DNA of 64,000 bases from Pomacea canaliculata. Taxonomy: Eukaryota. Below, piece after piece: positions 23,201-36,990 of the stretch (positions are counted from its first letter, which is position 1; every line of letters begins with the position of its first letter). Location of the stretch: contig NC_037595.1 of NCBI RefSeq assembly GCF_003073045.1, positions 8,700,345-8,764,344 of the forward strand, given 5' to 3'. A model generated the notes under the pieces. The model was given only the letters and a program-made list of their open reading frames with translations. It did no database searches and was not told where the DNA came from. A program made the translations under genes and the position numbers.

Positions 23201-24314
23201 GAGTGTACACATAACGGTACGCCTACCCAGCTTCAAAGCCGGCGCCTTTCAACTCTGATGGTGTGGAGGGGGAGGGGAGGGATCAAAGAGGTGGACCGTC
23301 TCTCATTAAAGCAAGAAGGTCACGATGGTTTAAAACACACACACACACAGAGAACACATCATACATCTACCCTCTGATGTGGAGGAAATAATTTTCCCTT
23401 CATTGCTTTTGTTATTCAATGACAATATCATTTGCTCGTTCAACGTTACTGAGCTCTTCACAGTGATGTGATTTATCTCCCAATAAATAAGAAGATGCTA
23501 GAATCCTGTGTCAGGGAGATTGGTGAACTCAGTAAGAAGGGTGAAGATGGATGTCGACGTGCTTTTAGCGAATCAGGACATGGTCAACCGACAAGAAGTG
23601 ATCATTAAGTCCAGTACTGCCGGACAGACCTTGCTGTTTATAAATCAAGGTTGATAGATATACATGCTGGGGTATCTACACTTAGAACTATCGTCAACAG
23701 ACGTTTATTAAATTTTGTTGAAATTTGTCAGAGACCTGACATCTTGGAGAAATCAGTGGGTCCCAAACTAAAAAGTTCGAAGCTTACTGAGTCAGGTAGC
23801 ACAGTACGAAGGTGGTACCTATCCGACCTCACCTTCAGATAAGGAGTGTACCAGGCTGAGGGCTGTACAAGCAGGTAAAAAGAGTGTAAAGGTGTGTACC
23901 TGATCATACCTACAGGTGAGCGTATCGTGAAGCTGAGACTTGCGATGGCAGATGGTGATGTGAGGTCACCTGTCCGCTCACAACCTTTGACCTGCTTATT
24001 GGGACGTGTACAGCCGCTCTCACCTGCAACAAAGTGCACGGATATTGTAAAGATTCTCACATGGAGAATACACATAAATACATATATGAATACATACATT
24101 CACGTAAAACATAATCACACACACACTCATAATGTACACCACACGAATAAACACATACAGACATGACTACATCAATGCAGCATCTGAACACAAAAGCATA
24201 AGGAATCGAGATTATCTGTACAAGGTGTAGTCCTTAATCTTAGTTTAACTTACGGAGGAAATGGTGAGTGTTGAAGGAATGGGAAAAACGAAAAATAGAG
24301 AATAACCTTTCTGC

Positions 24315-24375
24315 AAAAAAAAAAACAAAAAAAAAAAAACAAACAAAACAAACAAACAAAAAACCCCAAAAGACA

Positions 24376-24413
<38 letters not shown>

Positions 24414-24447
24414 AAAAAGAAACCCCCAAAACAATAAAAAAACAACC
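24315..24447. repeat. A-rich (CAAA)n low-complexity tract
   Basis: aaaaacaaaaaaaaaaaaacaaacaaaacaaacaaacaaa... directly read. Confidence 0.9.
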
Positions 24448-25546
24448 GGTCTGTCGGACGGACCGATTTCACCATGGATGACTCAAAACGAGGAGAGACA
24501 AACACGCCCAGCGGGGTGGGTTGGGTGTCAAAGGCCACGTCACCAACCGACGACGAACCGACAGCACTTAGGGGCTCGCCAACTAAGGGAACAGGGTGCG
24601 TGAGTAAAAGTCAGGGCCACCAGAGAGTTCTCGACAGTGTCGTCTGCAAGTGCTTGTCAGCCGTGAGATCTTTGACGACCGACGAGTGAGGGGAGAGTAC
24701 AGACACTCCTGTGGAGTAACGATGTAAATCTGTCAGCTGTCCATCTTGACGATGTGAAGAGGACCGTTCCGAAATGAAGAGTATGTACTTTAGGGACCAT
24801 GGTGTCTGCGGGGTGTCTGTGTCTCTGACATAAAAACACACACACACATATTTGAGGCAAGTACAGGTGGACAATTAGCTTCGTTGCCTATCTTTGCCTC
24901 CTGCCCTTTATACATTCACACATGTTTCAAATAGTTTGAAGGATCTGCGCGGGCCCTCTGGCCCTTTAATGAACAGACAAAATATAAAAACGCGAATCGC
25001 CACCGTCTTAAAAGAAATATGTTGGAGCGACACGTGACCTCGCATCCTCATTGTAGTCGTCATCGTTTTTTTTTGTTTTTTTCATTGTGCACAAACATTT
25101 CCTTTATTTATCGCTTACTCCATCTCTTTTTCAGATATGTGCATTAGGTAGTTTCCTGTGCAGGTAGAACAACATGTCGGGATAATCCAGGATAATAAAT
25201 CATTTTGGGATCACCATAAATAATTAGAATCGATAAGTTTCTCTAAGATAATCGGTCATCTGGGATCAGTATAAAATAAATAAATTAAACCGACGCTCGT
25301 CTTGAGTGATAACATATTCTGGCTTTAGACAAACGGCGCGTCCTGTCCCTTAAATGAAAGGACCACCTGTTTGTCTACCTGACCAGCTGTCGTTGATTGC
25401 GTCCTCAAAACCCTAACAGTTAGCTTTTAAATTAGTTATTAATCATTTTATTAGTAAATCAACAATATTCCACGTGTCTCTCTTTCATATTTCAGCAAGC
25501 GGTTGGGCAAGATAATTCATGCCTCAAGATAAAATCTTGACTTTTG

Positions 25547-25590
25547 AAAAAAAAAAAAAAAAAAAAAAAAAAGACAGAAGAAGAAGAAAA
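25547..25590. repeat. poly-A (~26 nt) followed by (AAG)n
   Basis: gaaaaaaaaaaaaaaaaaaaaaaaaagacagaagaagaagaaaaaaac. Confidence 0.9.
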
Positions 25591-27705
25591 AAACAAGGAA
25601 ATCGGTGGAAAACAGCTCGTGGTAATGAGATCTGCAGACTCTTGTCGATAGCCGATGCATCACAGAAATCCTCAAACACTCTCCTACCAAAGCCAAAAAC
25701 CTCAGAACAAAAACAGGAGAACGACAACCATTTTAGAGAGTGATGGAACTTATTTTTTCCCATGACAACGTGCAGTGGATTTCACCCATCCTTCTTTCCC
25801 TTTTTCTTTCTACCTACCCACCCATCCACCCACTAATCAATCAAGCTCAAAATGCACAGTCATACGATTAAATTTTTTACATTCCATTGAAAAAAAAACA
25901 GCAGCCCCAACTAGGAGTAAATGACAGCCACGTCTGAGGGATCGGAGTTTTTGAAGATTTGAAACTAAAAAATGTTGCCAACACGAAAAGGTCTGAGTTA
26001 AAAAAATTGCTCGGGAACAAGCAGGAGCGGACGAGTGGATCTGATGACAGGCGGGACAAAGCAAACATGATGCAGACCTCTATATAATTGCCTGAACAGT
26101 TGCACCCCTCGATGGGCAGAGAGTGCATTCTCTTGCGAGTCATCCTGCCCCCTTCTCCTCCCAACTCTCGCCGAGTCTCGTCCGGCCCGAGATTTGCTCT
26201 CGCTCGCTCAACTCAAAGTGAAGCAAAGACCAGCGGCATCGAGTAGGAACAATGTGTGGCATCCTAACTTAGCAAACTATGTTTTGTGTTTTGAAAGGAA
26301 AATATTTTCTTCTTGTCATTCTTCCCTATCTTCAACTATTTCTTCTTCGTGATCTTATTAAATTATTATTTCAATGGGTTGATAGTACTTAGTACGGTAC
26401 TGCATCATCTCCCAGAGCTTTGAATACTTACAAGAACCTTAATTAAGCAGTGTAATGACGACCAGGGCATCGTTCGTATACACACTGAATATTATTTCTA
26501 CAAAACCCTTTCTGTTGTAAAGCGAGGTAGATTATAAGTAAAATCAAAATTTGGGAAGATAATACTCTGGATGTATGTGTTCATCATACCATCAAACAAG
26601 TAATTAAAAACATGCAAACAGTCATTTTAAAATATTCCAAGGATTTTTTTTTCATTCGTACTTTAACTTATGTAAAAGCAAGTGTTACCAAGACTTAATC
26701 TTAAAATTCTATTAACAATATTAATCTAGTTTGTAGATGGCTATACTATTGTACCTGCGCATTAAAAGGAATAGTTTTTAGGTAACCAAAAACTGAATGG
26801 TAACTTTCGGTTTCTAAATAATTTTAGTGTAGAATACATTTTGCAAGACCATTTTGCTACTAGGAGTATCTTGCTGACAAGAATTCAGGAGGAACATAAG
26901 TAATAATTCTAATAATCACAAAATACAGTGGTAAGGTGCATATTTCTCTGTGTTGGCCGTTCATTTGTCCCAGAAGGCAGCCAAATCCACGGGACCAGAA
27001 GTCTCAAAAAGACAGGACACAAGACCAATCCGCCAAGCGATCATGGCAGACAAGACAAATAGAGGCGGGGAGGGGACGAAAGAGCTTACATCTGCCGATA
27101 GGATGGAGTCACAACATGTGCGATTTTCTGCCAGGGATATGAACGGGAATAAGGTTGTGACGGAAAGGGGAGCATAAATAGTTAGAAGGTGATACACAGT
27201 AATACCTTGTGTGACCAGCCTGCCAGCCAAGTCCCAGCGCAGGAACAGAACCGCGAGCAGTTAAAATGTACAAACCTAAGCAACCAAGCCACCGACCGAT
27301 AAATGATTCAATCTGAAAGTAAGATTTAATTACAAGCAGACGATACTCGTGTTATCTACATTTCGTATTATGTTGTAGTCCATTACATAACTGCAATAAA
27401 CTCGTTTCAGAGCGCCACCTGTATCCGCAATGTAATAACTGAAAGTTTCCGCGCATGAAAAAGTGAACCCACCTTTCAGTCCGGGATGCAGCAGCAGATG
27501 AGGGCCACACCTGGCCAGGGGGGAGTTCTGCACCTCAAACTGCAGGTAGGGGGCGTAAAAAAAGGTTAGGTCCCTCTTTCTTCGGATTTACCTGTGTTTG
27601 CACCTGGCGTGGTGTTGCAAATGCAGAGAATTTTCAGGCAGAAAGGTCAGACAAGTTACGGAGCAAACCTTGCCCTCACGTACCGCGCAGCCACAGCGCT
27701 CCCCT

Positions 27706-27717
27706 AGCCGGTCACGT
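27706..27717. promoter_or_regulatory. Perfect 12-bp palindrome GGTCACGTGACC (E-box / CLEAR-type GTCACGTGAC motif)
   Basis: Directly read as ccggtcacgtgacctcc. Confidence 0.4.
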
Positions 27718-27846
27718 GACCTCCATCGCTGGCGCTCCCCAAACTGTCCTCGATCTTACCTCCATCTGTTTTCCTGTTTCATTGACAGGATCATTAGAAA
27801 ATGAGAAACGATTGGTGATATATTTGTAGCGTAGAGCGCCCCTACA

Positions 27847-27906
27847 TGTGTGTGTGTGTGTGCATGTGTTTGTGAGAGAGAGAGAGAAAGAGAGAAAGAG
27901 AGAAGA
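27847..27906. repeat. (TG)n-(GA)n compound microsatellite
   Basis: tgtgtgtgtgtgtgtgcatgtgtttgtgagagagagagagaaagagagaaagagagaag. Confidence 0.9.
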
Positions 27907-28466
27907 GGGGGAAGTGATTGCACGCGCAACTGGCGAAATGTAAACGTGTCATGTAGCTAAGACCTTTTCTCCATTTAGAGGAAAATAAAAGTTGAAAATA
28001 AAAATGCCACAGCGCCGTTTAAAAAAATTGAACAAGCAGTATAAAAAAATCTAAAACAGGAAAACAATGATCAGATTGTACCACGGTTCATTTTTATTCC
28101 ACATCAGCACACACATGTTACGAGTTCATTAAAATATAAAGAATAGTCCCATGAGATATAAAACACACCTGTCATTCAATGTACGCACACACACACCCAC
28201 CCATACATGTACTTAGAAACACACACACAGTTCTCTCTCTCTCTCACCGATACCATGGCGACATTGCAGAGGCAGAAAAACGTTACGACAGTTGCAAGTG
28301 GGTGTTGCTACGTCAGGACAGCTTGCAAACTGTTCACACTGTCATCTTCAGCCACAGTGTGCAAATCATTAAAAAATACTTTGAAGCTAAACAGGAACAT
28401 TTCCACCCTCACCCCACGAGTATGTGATGGTGTATGCCGGAGCGCCCAAACACACTAACACACTAA

Positions 28467-28493
28467 CGCACGCACGCACGCACGCACGCACGC
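28467..28493. repeat. (ACGC)n microsatellite
   Basis: cgcacgcacgcacgcacgcacgcacgc. Confidence 0.9.
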
Positions 28494-28789
28494 AGATGGT
28501 TTCCTCAAACCATCCGTTAGCCACGTTCCGGACAGATTCTCTAAGATGTGAAGATCTGCTTGTCATCGAGGCCAGCCAGATGTGGATCTTGCCGACCATT
28601 CACTCTGCCACAAGTAGTGGTGCGATCTGACATTAATAGGGGTTTCCCGGACTCGGTGTGGCCCTAGGTGTCGCCACCGGTAGCTGTGTTGTCGACCCTA
28701 AGAGCCCTAATCGCGTTTACTGTACGCGCGCTGAAAGCGACTCGGCGCGAGGAGCCAGCCACGACCTGTAACTAATCGATGGCGTGCAG

Positions 28790-29480
28790 ACGTCGAGCTT
28801 TCAAAGACCAACGGACCAAAGCCTCTCAGGTCCAGACACATCAACGGCTCGGTATTGGAGGCTCAGATGGACAACAGGCAAAAGTCGTTCGTGTGCAGAC
28901 GGACTAAGGACAACGAAAAGTCTTCCACGCGAAGACAGAAGTTCTGCAGGTTCTGACAGTCGAGTGGCGGGATGTCTTTGAGGTTTAGACAGAATGATTG
29001 TGGGTAATCCTTCAAGCTCAGGCCGACAAACAACACGAGTGTTTTGGGTTCTGACAGACATAACGACTCCAAGTCTTTCAGGTTTAGGTAGAAATATGGA
29101 GCAAAGTCCTTCGCTTTCAGGCAGACCAAAGGGGCAAAGCCTTTTACTTTTAGATAAACCAATGGAGCAAAGTCTTTCAATAGTGAGAGTCTTTCAGACA
29201 AAAATAAGCAAACAAACAAACAAACAACAAACAAACAAACAAAAAAAAAAAAAACGAAAAAAAAACCACAAAACAAAACAAAAAAAAAAGCAAAACAAAA
29301 CAAAAACAAAAAACCAACACAAACAAACAAAAACGGCAAGATGCATTAAAGGTTCAAAGAGGACCAACATAAACCTCTGGCTTCCACAGACCAATGGAGC
29401 AAAATAGCTCAAGTTAAATTAAGACAGAAGATTAGAATTCTTTTCTTTTCAATGAAACCTAGGAGCGAAAGCTTTTCGGT
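28790..29480. repeat. ~33-bp degenerate minisatellite (about 12 units) interrupted by a 140-bp (CAAA)n tract at 29195-29335
   Basis: Recurring unit ...accaa(t/a)ggagcaaagtc(c)tt(t)c...tttcaggc/tagac... every about 33 bp. Reverse-strand pseudo-ORF 28863..29339 shows an 11-aa periodicity (LKDFAPLV.L/LNLKD...). Confidence 0.7.
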
Positions 29481-32400
29481 TGGGACAAACAAGAAACTGC
29501 TTCCTGATCAGTCACACCAATAAAAAGTGTTGACACGAACTGTAGAGACATGAGATATTGTGTCTTAGAGATAAATGGCGTGAAGTGTTTTGTCAACGAC
29601 ATGGGTAGAAGTTCTTATCTGAAACTGTGCACAAGGTTCATTCTCTTTCTGGTCGAACATATCAAGATTCAGCACTCCCTTGGTTTCAGATAAACGTCGA
29701 GCGATATATACAAAGGTTTGTGCTTACGTGTGCGGTAAATAAAGTGTAAACATGGGGTAGGACAGGTGTGTGTGTGAGAGAGAGAAAGAAAGAGAGAGAG
29801 AATGTGTAAGTAGTTCTTAGTACTATACAAATCCAGACATTTTTTCCAGTTCTGACCAAAACTTGCAGGATAAATGGATGCTGACTGTTCCCGTAGATTA
29901 CTCGAGAATCTTTATGTTAACAAGATGAAAACGAGACTAGCAGGAGTGAAGGAGAAAGAGAGAAGTTCACCGTGCTTTCTGCACTCCTGTTAACTGCCAT
30001 CTGGTACACAGCATGCTATCTGTAGTATTAATCTTTCATAAGAGCGTGGGCAGGGAGGCTATACTGTCGTCACTTGCCAACAACAACCTTGTGATACGAC
30101 AGTAAACAACCACAGCTGTGACACTCGTTTTGAGTATTTTTGTCAATCTGTATCTTTATCTCTTCCTCTGTATTTTGGACTTTCCATTTCCTTCATCTCT
30201 TCCTCCCTTCTATGCGTCGGGCTAATGAAAGGGAGAGGAAGAATCCCAGTGTCAAACCCATCACTTAATATTAAAATCCCTAAAATTTGTCTTTAGCTCC
30301 ACAGCTATTGTAGCTTTGCACTGTTGCTGTTACTAGTCGTGTACACGTTGAACTTCACGTACATACATGCAGGAACCTCCACAATCCTTGTACCCTTTCT
30401 ACCCGGATACACCTTCAAAAATGTCACGACAGTAAGAAAGGGGTTAGCAGAAGAAAAAGGGTTATTAGTATTTTTAAAATAAAAATAGCAATAGCAGGGT
30501 ACAATTTCCATGTTAATGTCAATAAAACAGAAAGAAGTGAGAAGCTTTTCTGTTGTCTCTTGAATGTCAGACAAGGGCGAGAACTCTCCTTCCCTTTACT
30601 TCGGGACACAAGTCGATGGCTGGCTGGTAACTTTTCTCTAATTTTTTCGTGATTATGGCTCAATTGATAGGCACAGTTGATTATCTTTGCATTACCGTTA
30701 CGAGGCTGTGGATTTAATAAACACTCGAGAAAAAGTCCTGTACATCAAACAAATCACAAGACACTTACCCTACCGGACGTTTTGAGGTCGTCTCCTCACT
30801 CGGTTACCACCACTTGTTCTGTCAAGTGTTTATCCACAACTTCAGCTTCTCTTCAAATGTTTATCTTCTCTTCTTGTAATTCCTGATTACTTGTTTATTT
30901 TGCTAGGTCACTTAGGTCTCACCAAAAAAACTTCAGGAACCACGAACGTATTTCTCTGAACTACTGGTGGTCTTCCGAGAACAGGACTTAAGCCTTGTGG
31001 GAAGCTGTAGGCTGTCAGGTCTCTGCGAGCAATCTCAGTTTATTATTCAGAACCCCAGTAAAGTTATAAATGTCAACAGTAAAGCTGCAATACCTGTGTT
31101 ACTTTTTGTCTTCCTTTTGTCAAAGTAGTCGACATCCTCTTCTCACGACTGAAGAGCTCATAAACTGAAGGACAACAGATCACAATGCTTGAACTTTTGT
31201 AACTCCACCAACACGAAAGCTCGCATTATCTGGTTACTGATAAACAGGAAGCGAATTCGAACTTAGTTCAAATGTTAATGCGGAAAATGCGTGTGCAAGT
31301 AGACAAGCGATATACATCCGTGCAGGAACTGATGAAACGAGACAGGTTCATGAAATAACCCCGATCATGAAACTTTGACATACCTCCAAAAAACAGGAAG
31401 AGGAGAAATTTGTCTTCCAGTAACTTTCAAGCCAAACAATAGCGAAACCTTTGTGAAAGGGAAGATAAGTATACTTTCTCGATCATTTGCTCACATCATC
31501 ACAACGCCTGCATCATCGTATCCAACACGAGGAGGTCGTAGTGCTCTTCTCCATCTCTCCTTTGCTCCCAGCCAACTCTTCGCTCCTCAACCACAAGATG
31601 GCGACAACATCTCTCACTCTTGATGCCGGCTTTTGAAGTCTCAAATTGCTTCTTAATCCTGTAGTAATGTGTGTAAGGGGATCAAGTTCCGGTTGTGTCC
31701 GTCTGCACTGCAGGCAATGGCCACAAGGAAGTATTGACACTCGAAGTGTTGTGCACCACGACACAGTCCCAAAATAACAATTATAAACCCTAGGGCGAGA
31801 CAGACTGTAGGGGGCAGAGTATGTAATGAAAGGAGGATCGAGCAGAAACTAAGCATAGGGGGAGGAGGAACGCACGCACAACACGGACAAACACTCCAGT
31901 TCATCGCTCAAGACCATGGACTTCCTGACAACCGAGCGATTCTTGATAAAAAAACACACACACCCGCACTCACAGAACGAAAAAAAGGAAACTAATACTT
32001 TCTTAAACGGTCTACACGAATATGACTGTGTGTGTATGCATATAAATAGCCAAACATAATTAACTGTTTATTAATAAGAGAATATAGGGCTCGGCTGCTG
32101 GACTTGTTCTCCAAGCATCTCTGTTCTCTACAATGGCTACCGACGGAGGCAGGACATACACGGAACATTTACAGACGACCAAGCGTTTCATGGCAATAAA
32201 ACTCTCTCCAATGTTAGATATTTGTTCTTAATTTCCTAACTTTAATCTTCGTTCCTGTTTATCCTTGTTGATTGTTGGCTTTGGTGGCTGCGTGTATTGT
32301 GTGTATCCTAGTTTGCTGTTGATTGATTGTCGTGGTGGCTGATTGTGGTGTGTTTGTGTTGTTTACTGGTATTTTTCGTTTTCTTGTGTTTTTATTATTT

Positions 32401-35400
32401 GATGGCGAAGTCTGTTTGGACACGAAGCTGCAGGGTATAAAATTTAAATTAATACTAGTTTAACCCAACTCGGTTAAAACTAGCTTAACACAAAGTTGGA
32501 CAGAATGAAGCTCAATGCGGAAATCCCACTTCAGGCAGGATGTCGCAAACTATGAAATACATTTAATGACATTTTGTAAGTGTTATATTATTTGGCCATT
32601 TAATGTTCTTTTTTCAGGACACTTAGTGTAATTCGGTGATTGACTAAATCATCTGTACTGTAATAGCTGCAGACATACGATAACTTTTTATCTGAATGTC
32701 GCAAAATGTCAATAAACCGAAAACATGAAATTGTATTAAAATTACTGAATGGCTCAAAAACACTAAACGACATTAAAATATAACACTAGGAGGAACGAAA
32801 AAATAACACTAAAGTTCTGAATGTCGTGGCCGACTAGAGTGACATAAACCAGTAGAAAAATGTTGCTGCATGAGGTCACGTGAGGCAGGTTATTCAGCTC
32901 GAGTGAATGCCCTTGCTACTCTTCTCGCGCGGCTGAGATCAGAAAGTATGCTGCTTCCCTGTGATTGGATGCTGTTGCTTTTGCGGTTGGCTAGTTTACT
33001 TCTGGTCAATAGTTGAAGCGATGGCAAACAATAAGGATTTGTTTACATCCCCGTATTTTAGTCTTGCCACCAGCAATACATTAAAGTCTGAGTTGGTTCA
33101 ATTTCTAAAAAAAATTTGTTTAAAATTGATCACATGGTTATAATGACCAGAAATTGCTGATGTAACATAATCGGAAGAGGATTAAAAACTTGATGCTAGA
33201 GAGAATTCATTCCAATAAACTTTATGAGAGGGATAGTAAAATTGGGATGACGGGAATGAAAGTCCAGCTTATTTTTTTTTCTTATTTAATACAATTAAAC
33301 TAGAAAGTTCTAAAATTGTAACCTAAGCTGTTTCATAAAACTGATATCTCAGTAATATTGAGACCTAAAAGTGTTTAAAACTAGTAGTCTGTTGTGCAAC
33401 TGGCCCCTGATCATCAAAACAACTTTCCACGCAGTAGACATTTGAAATGCTCTGGCTCTCACCTGCCAAATGTCAGCAAAACAAGGTCGGCAAGGTCCAG
33501 ACGCCCGATGAAATCAAACTGTGAAAAACAAATTGTCAGACACGAGTCCGCAGAGACATCAGTTTAGTTGAGCACTAAATGTCACTGGACTTTAAAGACC
33601 CAGCAGGAAGGAAAAAGTTTTTAAATGAGTTTTATTTCGTGAAATGATATTCCCGAGCGAATAATCCTTTTCTCTTTCGGAAGACAGAAACCTTTAAATG
33701 TTGTGACCATCATTTGTGGAGGAAAAAGAATTAAAATGTGTGGTGTTCATATTAAGTCTGTTGAACTGTAGGTTAACTATCCCATTGATTGTAGCCTCGA
33801 CACAATACAAAGTTTTACACCACAAACTTAATTTAATTTGAAGATTAAATTCTTAAAAGAGACACAACAGTACATCGATTAGAATAGTAATAGCTTGACT
33901 AATTTTCTGAACTTCTCCATATATCCCAGATAGACAGCTCCACTCTTCGTCTGACGACCGTCTCCTAACTATTCCTGTCACCAGAACAACAACACATGGT
34001 CACAGGATTATAGTTCCAGTGCAGCAAAAAAATGGAACTGTCTCACTTTCCATATCCGCCATCTACCCACTATTGAATCATTCAAATGTGCATTGAAAAA
34101 GCATCTTTTCCTGAAACACTGCTCCTAACACCAGTTCCCACAATGCTGGTCTTTCTCCACATCCATTCCTCCTCTTCTTATTACTCATTTCCTTCTCCTC
34201 TTCCTTTTGCAATCTTCGTGTGGCTTCAGCACCAAAGGATATTATCTCCTTTTTCTCCAGCAGAGAAAGGAAAGAATTCCCTTGAAATCCGTACGGCATC
34301 AAAATCGTTAAAGTTTTCGCTGATTAAGTAACTGTTCAGATGCAGATTAATAAGTATAGAAAGTAAAGAAAGATGAGATGGAGACACAGAAAGACAAAAT
34401 TAGAGACAGTAGAGAAGACGACAAAAGTCGGACGGACGGAGTGCGAAGACACGCGCAGTCCACTCAAATGTATGATTACAGTTCGACTAGTACAGTACAT
34501 TTACATCAAGTGAATTGTCTACGACAATAATTACATACTCTGTCGATGACGATCATCACTGACATTCTCTAACGACAGAAATTAGATATATTGCTGACGA
34601 CAGTAATTAGACGTACGGGAAATAAAAAGTCAGACATCCTCTCCAAACCGAAACTCTCTTATTCTGAAATGATTTACTTACAGAATCGTTGCCAAGTTTT
34701 TGTGGGATCTGAACCCCACGTGCGTTGAGAAACACTGGCTCGGTGACGTCATTTAGCGCGGTGGATGATGGGTAAAGCAGGTGCTAGGGGAGGAAACAGA
34801 AAGGAAAGAGTGCGGAAGTGAAGACCGCGACAATTTTCGAACTTGCCCGTGTACTGTGAGGATAGCGAGTGCTTCCATGTCAGCTGACTGTAAACTCGTT
34901 TGTCCATACAACTATGGATGCTCCATGGACAGCACAGAAGGAATAACAAGACAGAGAGAACGAGGAAATAAATAAAATCTCACAAGACGAGCACAGAAGG
35001 TGGGAAAGGGAGACTACAGGTGGCGACACAATCGGGAGAGGGACAAGGCACTGAAAGAGTGGGAACCAACATGACAAGCGAAGTGTTTGCATCCAGATAG
35101 ATGACAGAGTCAGGTTATTTCTATATTCGTACACAGGCATGCACGCACACATACACATACACCACTGGAAAAAAAAATTAACAGCGAAGGGTCGTAGTCA
35201 TGGACCAGAGGTATCTTCCTATCCCTGTACTTGTTACCTCTAGACCAAACTTATCCCACCCAAAGAACAATTACAAAAATATTACCTTCTCACAATTCCA
35301 CCTTCTGGCAGCAGGTAATTACCGTTAATCCACGTCATCTTGTCGCGTGCTTTGAAATATCACAGCCTATCCCGTCCCGACTGCAGGACACAAGATAATC

Positions 35401-35768
35401 TCATTTACTACACCAGCCGTCCGCGGAGGATGAAGTCTGACTGACGTGGGTCGCTGCACCCCAGCTTCCTGTTTCCTAGACGACTTCTCTCCCCTTCCCC
35501 CTTTGTTGGTGTTGTAAGCGAACTGTCCAGTCGCAGTGCGCGACTCTTTCAGGAGCTGCTTCTTTGAAAGCCTAATTCCTATTGGTTGTGTGTCGACTGT
35601 GTGCGTGTTGTGGTAGTCCTTATTTGCATAAATGTCTACTCTGTTCCCAGACTGGGATCGTTGTGTCTCGTGACAGCAGTAGAAAAAAAGTTCCAAGGTT
35701 AATTGATAATGACTGTAGTGATGGTTTCGTAATACGGAAGTCCTCCTGATTGCGCATTCAGTTCCAGC

Positions 35769-35791
35769 AGTCAGCCAGTCTCCTTCATGTA

Positions 35792-35888
<97 letters not shown>

Positions 35889-35892
35889 GTGT
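35769..35892. repeat. (TGTGTA)n hexanucleotide microsatellite (~20 units)
   Basis: tgtatgtgtatgtgtatgtg... directly read. Confidence 0.95.
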
Positions 35893-36908
35893 AAGCCTTT
35901 AAAAAAAACAAGATAAGTACGGACTTGCCCCTTCTCATGGACACTTCTTCTACACTTCTTCCTCTTTCAACAAGGCCTCAATCTTATCGATAAACGATTT
36001 GAGTTTGAAGGAGCATCATCAAGCAGTACTTATCTTTATTTGGAGCGCGTCACATTTTAGTCTAATCACTAATTCTGAATACGCCTGTGATGAAAAGATA
36101 ATGATCACGGAAATAAAAAAATCTTGAAAACTTAAAACAAGATATTGTTCTGATTACATGTTGAACTTTGTTTTTCCTGCGTTTGAAAAACAAATTTGAC
36201 CCTGTGATTTAGCCTGTGGTTAAAACTCATCACCGGAAGTACAGCACTTCTAGCTGCCAGACTTTTTTTCCATTTCACTACCACAGGCCCCACACCCGCA
36301 CACCCAAGCGTTTTCATTACCAGATGCGTTGCCATTCAATTTACCAGAGTAATTATAGGGAGAAGGGGCATACAGCCACATTTGATGTCGTTTGTTCTCA
36401 TCGTGATGGTGGTGAGGGCAGCACAGCTGACAGAACTGTTTTTGATGATAAAAATAAACGTACTTCCATTGATAACAAGAAGTGCAACCAGTGTGAGAGG
36501 GGACCCGAGATCATCAGTTCACAGAGTGCACTTTATAGGACTTGTTAAGTGAAGAATGAAATATTGTTGCTGTATAATTACTACTGTTGCTGCTCATAAT
36601 TACTAGGCAGTTCTTTAAAATAATTGCCCCTAACAAGTAACTGCAAGAGAAATTTCTCTCGAGGAGTATTAAAGGGTAGACAATTTTCAACGTGGCAGTA
36701 ATTTCATCCAGGTAACAACTTTGCAGAATTAGTGCAATGACAAACTTTATTAGTCCCTGTGGGCATTTAAACTGGTGGGCTCAGATACAAAAATAAACAA
36801 AACAATTAACAAAAAAGTGCTAGCTACAAGATAATGAGATTATGAGAGAACAATGATAACTCCTTCAAGCTAGCCGTTTGTTTTATATATTCTATGTTAT
36901 ATTCTTTG

Positions 36909-36990
36909 TTTGTTGGTTGTTGTTGGTTGTTTGTTGGTTGTTTGTTGGTTGTTTGTTGGTTGGTTTGTTGTTGGTTGTTTGTTGGTTGTT
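36909..36990. repeat. (TTGGTTGTTTG)n 11-bp tandem repeat
   Basis: tgttggttgttgttggttgtttgttggttgtttgttggttg... Confidence 0.85.

Larger units (their letters stand above)
12005..24100. repeat. Tandem segmental duplication, unit 2 (carries GT92 copy 2)
   Basis: Direct alignment with unit 1. The junction is visible at 12005, where the sequence ttccgttgagaattttgtttgg restarts. Confidence 0.8.

Noticed and set aside
24245-24603. ORFs 24245..24538(-) and 24268..24603(+) (poly-K/T/N, poly-F)
   Set aside because: Translations of an A-rich (CAAA)n tract.
28863-29407. 158-aa minus ORF and 137-aa plus ORF
   Set aside because: These are periodicity artefacts of the 33-bp minisatellite and the (CAAA)n tract.
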